From: an uncultured virus (IMG/VR IMGVR_UViG_3300035670_009001)
Lineage: Duplodnaviria; Heunggongvirae; Uroviricota; Caudoviricetes
IMG/VR virus record: IMGVR_UViG_3300035670_009001
Length of the DNA stretch: 20,000 nucleotides
Direction: 5' to 3' (one strand)
Below the pieces are notes generated by a model that saw only the letters and a program-made list of their open reading frames with translations, did not search any database and was not told the DNA's origin. Each line of letters begins with the position of its first letter. Positions within the stretch are counted from its first letter, which is position 1. Below are positions 17,364 through 20,000 of the stretch, one piece after another. The position numbers and the translations under genes were made by a program.

Positions 17364-18185
17364 TTAAGGACATCCACTTTGGCCTGAAACAATTTGTAGT
17401 GAGCTGTTAACCGTTTGTTGAGGTGAAGACGTACCAGGCGCATTGTCCCAAACCCAAAAAGTTCCTGATACTGGGTCAACATATCTTTGACTACTTAATA
17501 TTGGAGTAATAGTGGTGTCATATAACGGTTGTCCAGTGCATCCATTTAGAGTATAATATAGAGGAGGGGTCACCGAAGGAGTTGGAGTATTAGTCGGGGT
17601 TACAGGTGGTGTTGGAGTATTTGAAGGTGTTACAGGTGGTGTTGGAGTATTAGTCGGAGTTGGAGTAGGTGAAGGACAAACACCAAATAAGGACATACCT
17701 CCATCCGCATCAACTTGGAATACTTCACCCGATACTGACTTAAACCACTTGGAGTTTCCATCAAACTCGTTAGCAGGTATGAATGTTGTACCACTATATA
17801 GAGATAATCCAAAAGTTATTGCAGCTTGTTGAAATGAAGTTATACCCGACTGTGAGACATAAACTGTTCGTTGATTACAAATTCCTTCGCAGGCAGCACT
17901 ATCACTATTCCATCCAACACTTCCTGAATCAGTACAAAGTATTAGTGCGGTAAAATTAACAGCACAATTATATTCATTAGGTGTGTCCAAACCTCCCATG
18001 TCAACAGATAACTCTGTTTCAACACCAGCAGGAATTGCTGTAACTCCAGCAGCTTGGGGAGGTTGTCTGTTAACCCCCAAAACTGAATTTAGTCCTATGT
18101 TTGCACCAGGAAATGGAACTAACCCAAATGCCCCATAGACACACCCTATAGATATTTCGTTTCCTGTTGCCGGTGTAAAACCCAT
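17364..18185 (-). CDS. Putative virion/fibre-associated protein with Pro-Thr linker and Cys-containing domains
   Basis: 273 aa, Gly/Ser/Thr-rich, with PSPTPTPTNTPTPPVTPSNTPTPPVTPTNTPTPSVTPP. Lies directly downstream of the S74 fibre gene. Confidence 0.7.
   Translation of the reverse strand: MGFTPATGNEISIGCVYGAFGLVPFPGANIGLNSVLGVNRQPPQAAGVTAIPAGVETELSVDMGGLDTPNEYNCAVNFTALILCTDSGSVGWNSDSAACEGICNQRTVYVSQSGITSFQQAAITFGLSLYSGTTFIPANEFDGNSKWFKSVSGEVFQVDADGGMSLFGVCPSPTPTPTNTPTPPVTPSNTPTPPVTPTNTPTPSVTPPLYYTLNGCTGQPLYDTTITPILSSQRYVDPVSGTFWVWDNAPGTSSPQQTVNSSLQIVSGQSGCP
17581..17670. repeat. About 3 x 30-nt imperfect tandem repeat encoding the Pro-Thr linker
   Basis: gttggagtat occurs at 17581, 17611 and 17641. 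Confidence 0.8.
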
Positions 18186-18212
18186 TAGTTACTGTCGATT
18201 TTATTTACCATT

Positions 18213-18260
18213 CCTCCAAATCATATTTATTTAATAAGAAATATAAATATGATTTGGAGG
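18213..18260. promoter_or_regulatory. Perfect 18-bp inverted repeat with 12-nt spacer (hairpin, terminator or operator)
   Basis: cctccaaatcatatttat (18213-18230) pairs with ataaatatgatttggagg (18243-18260). It is intergenic and begins 12 nt after the fibre stop codon. Confidence 0.7.
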
Positions 18261-18272
18261 TTAAGGGTTTTA

Positions 18273-20000
18273 TTATTCAATATTATTGTTTATTTCTTTT
18301 TTAAGTTTGTTAATTTGAACTTGTTGTTCTTTCACACATTCAATTAGAAGAGCAACAATTCTTTCATATTTAACCGCTAAGTATCCATTCTCTCTTCTTG
18401 TTACAATTTCAGGTAATACTTTTTGTATTTCTTGAGCAATTACCCCAACATCATGACCTTCATTTTCATGTATTCCTTCCATCGGAATCCAATCATATTC
18501 GTATCCACCAATTTGTGTAATTTTTTCGATTGGATTTTCGATAGGTATAATATTTTCTTTTAATCTTCTATCTGAACCATAGTACGCCACGACATCATTA
18601 GTCGCCCTAATTAACCCTGTCGTAACTGGTGACGCAGTTCCAACTCCTAATGCTCCGTTTATATATGCAGTTGTTCCATCGAATTGAAAATTAACTTCTC
18701 CATTAATAGTTCCAGCAGTTCCTGTGGCAGTTAGAACATAATTGTTCGTATTATTGTTAATTGTCCCTAAACCTGATGACCCACTAGAACCTGAAGTTCC
18801 ACTAGATCCTGATGTACCATTTGTACCAGAAGTTCCGTTTGTCCCTGAAGTACCGTTTGTACCAGAAGTTCCGTTTGTTCCTGATGAACCACTAGATCCT
18901 GATGTACCATTTGTACCAGAAGTTCCGTTTGTCCCTGAAGTTCCATTTGTACCCGAAGTTCCGTTTGTTCCTGAAGTTCCACTAGACCCTGATGTACCAT
19001 TTGTTCCTGAGGTTCCACTAGATCCTGATGTACCATTTGTACCCGAAGTTCCGTTTGTTCCTGATGAACCACTAGATCCTGATGTACCATTTGTACCAGA
19101 AGTTCCGTTTGTCCCTGATGTACCATTTGTTCCTGAAGTTCCACTAGACCCTGAAGTACCATTTGTTCCTGAAGTTCCACTAGACCCTGATGTACCATTT
19201 GTTCCTGAGGTTCCACTAGACCCTGATGTACCATTTGTTCCTGAAGTTCCACTAGATCCTGAAGTACCATTTGTTCCTGAGGTTCCACTAGACCCTGATG
19301 TACCATTTGTTCCTGAAGTTCCACTAGACCCTGATGTACCATTTGTTCCTGAGGTTCCACTAGACCCTGATGTACCATTTGTTCCTGAGGTTCCACTAGA
19401 CCCTGATGTACCATTTGTTCCTGAAGTTCCACTAGACCCTGATGTACCATTTGTCCCTGAAGTTCCACTAGACCCTGATGTACCATTTGTTCCTGAAGTT
19501 CCACTAGATCCTGAAGTACCATTTGTCCCTGAAGTTCCACTAGACCCCGATGTACCATTTGTTCCTGAAGTTCCACTAGATCCTGAAGTACCACTCGATC
19601 CAGATGTTCCCGATGTACCACTCGATCCAGATGTTCCTGATGTACCAGAAGTTCCATTAGTTCCACTTGTTCCTGAAGAACCTGATGTACCACTAGTTCC
19701 CGAAGATCCTGATGTACCACTAGTGCCTGAAGATCCTGATGTACCACTAGTTCCACTTGTTCCCGAAGTACCACTGGTACCTGATGTACCACTAGTTCCT
19801 GAAGAACCTGATGTACCAGATGTTCCTGAAGTCCCTGAAGTGCCACTTGTACCACTTGTTCCCGAAGTACCATTAGTTCCTGAAGTTCCGCTTGTACCTG
19901 AAGTACCGCTTGTACCTGATGTACCAGATGTTCCTGAAGTCCCTGAAGTACCACTTGTACCACTTGTTCCCGAAGTACCACTAGTTCCTGAAGTTCCGCT
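18273..20000 (-). CDS. Tail fibre-like protein: Gly-X-Y (GTS/GSS/GTN) repeat shaft plus C-terminal peptidase S74-type intramolecular chaperone; partial, start lies beyond the right edge
   Basis: The frame of track ORF 18273..18590 stays open to 20000 (575 aa): (GTS/GSS/GTN)n-GLGTINNNTNNYVLTATG...GALGVGT...IRATNDVVAYYGSDRRLKENI...GVIAQEIQKVLPEIV...LAVKYERIVALLIECVKE. SDxRLK and GxIAQE are S74 hallmarks. Confidence 0.9.
   Translation of the reverse strand, partial: SGTSGTSGTSGTSGTSGTSGTSGTSGTSGTSGTSGTSGTSGTNGTSGTSGTSGTSGTSGTSGTSGSSGTSGTSGTSGTSGTSGTSGTSGSSGTSGTSGSSGTSGTSGSSGTSGTNGTSGTSGTSGSSGTSGTSGSSGTSGSSGTSGTNGTSGSSGTSGTNGTSGSSGTSGTNGTSGSSGTSGTNGTSGSSGTSGTNGTSGSSGTSGTNGTSGSSGTSGTNGTSGSSGTSGTNGTSGSSGTSGTNGTSGSSGTSGTNGTSGSSGTSGTNGTSGSSGTSGTNGTSGSSGTSGTNGTSGTNGTSGTNGTSGSSGSSGTNGTSGTNGTSGSSGTSGTNGTSGSSGTSGTNGTSGTNGTSGTNGTSGTNGTSGSSGSSGTNGTSGTNGTSGTNGTSGTNGTSGSSGTSGSSGSSGLGTINNNTNNYVLTATGTAGTINGEVNFQFDGTTAYINGALGVGTASPVTTGLIRATNDVVAYYGSDRRLKENIIPIENPIEKITQIGGYEYDWIPMEGIHENEGHDVGVIAQEIQKVLPEIVTRRENGYLAVKYERIVALLIECVKEQQVQINKLKKEINNNIE
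18770..20000. repeat. Hierarchical coding tandem repeat (9-nt base unit, 13 x 36-nt array, 108-nt period duplication)
   Basis: ccactaga recurs every 36 nt from 19141 to 19573 (unit GTNGTSGSSGTS). 19807-19892 is repeated at 19915-20000 with 2 mismatches. Confidence 0.95.

Noticed and set aside
7061..17812. Nested minus-strand ORFs 7061..7378, 15102..15299 and 17630..17812
   Set aside because: Alternate frames inside motif-bearing genes, with no independent support.
18185..18217. GGAGG followed by an 8-codon mini-ORF (MVNKIDSN) coupled by TAATG to the 18185 start
   Set aside because: GGAGG is only 1 nt from the ATG and is part of the inverted repeat arm; too short to support.
18273..18590. 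Stand-alone 105-aa ORF
   Set aside because: It is only the C-terminal S74 domain of the long fibre ORF; the GTG is internal.
19115..19592. 36-nt repeats as a CRISPR array
   Set aside because: Units are directly tandem with no unique spacers, are protein-coding, and no cas genes are present.
18767..19981. 404-aa V/Q/E/L/H-rich ORF in the track
   Set aside because: Shadow frame of the GTS repeat. The true frame is continuous with the S74 domain, and repeat variation is synonymous in that frame.

Overview
AT-rich window in which every credible gene lies on the minus strand. It reads as a segment of a large tailed-phage (or prophage-like) genome; this is inferred from the S74-chaperone fibre gene and the lack of housekeeping genes. 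In transcription order (right to left) it contains: a partial Gly-X-Y (GTS/GSS/GTN) repeat fibre protein ending in a peptidase-S74-type chaperone domain; a Cys/Pro-Thr-rich accessory protein; and then a tightly coupled run of 17 genes over about 17 kb. That run encodes six putative glycosyltransferases (2 GT-A/GT2-like, 2 GT7 with an inserted LamG-like domain, 2 fucosyltransferase-like GT-B), an NDP-sugar epimerase, a SAM methyltransferase, two N-terminal-twitch radical SAM enzymes, a stand-alone LamG-like protein, a short DegT-type aminotransferase, a B12-dependent radical SAM enzyme, an SGNH protein, an amidinotransferase (missed by the ORF track) and two hypotheticals. The best candidate for a novel system is a phage-encoded glycan build-and-tailor pathway with aminoglycoside-like chemistry, organised around a shared LamG-like module and placed next to Ser/Thr-dense virion proteins that could be its acceptors. 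All family calls come from motif recognition by eye; no searches were run.
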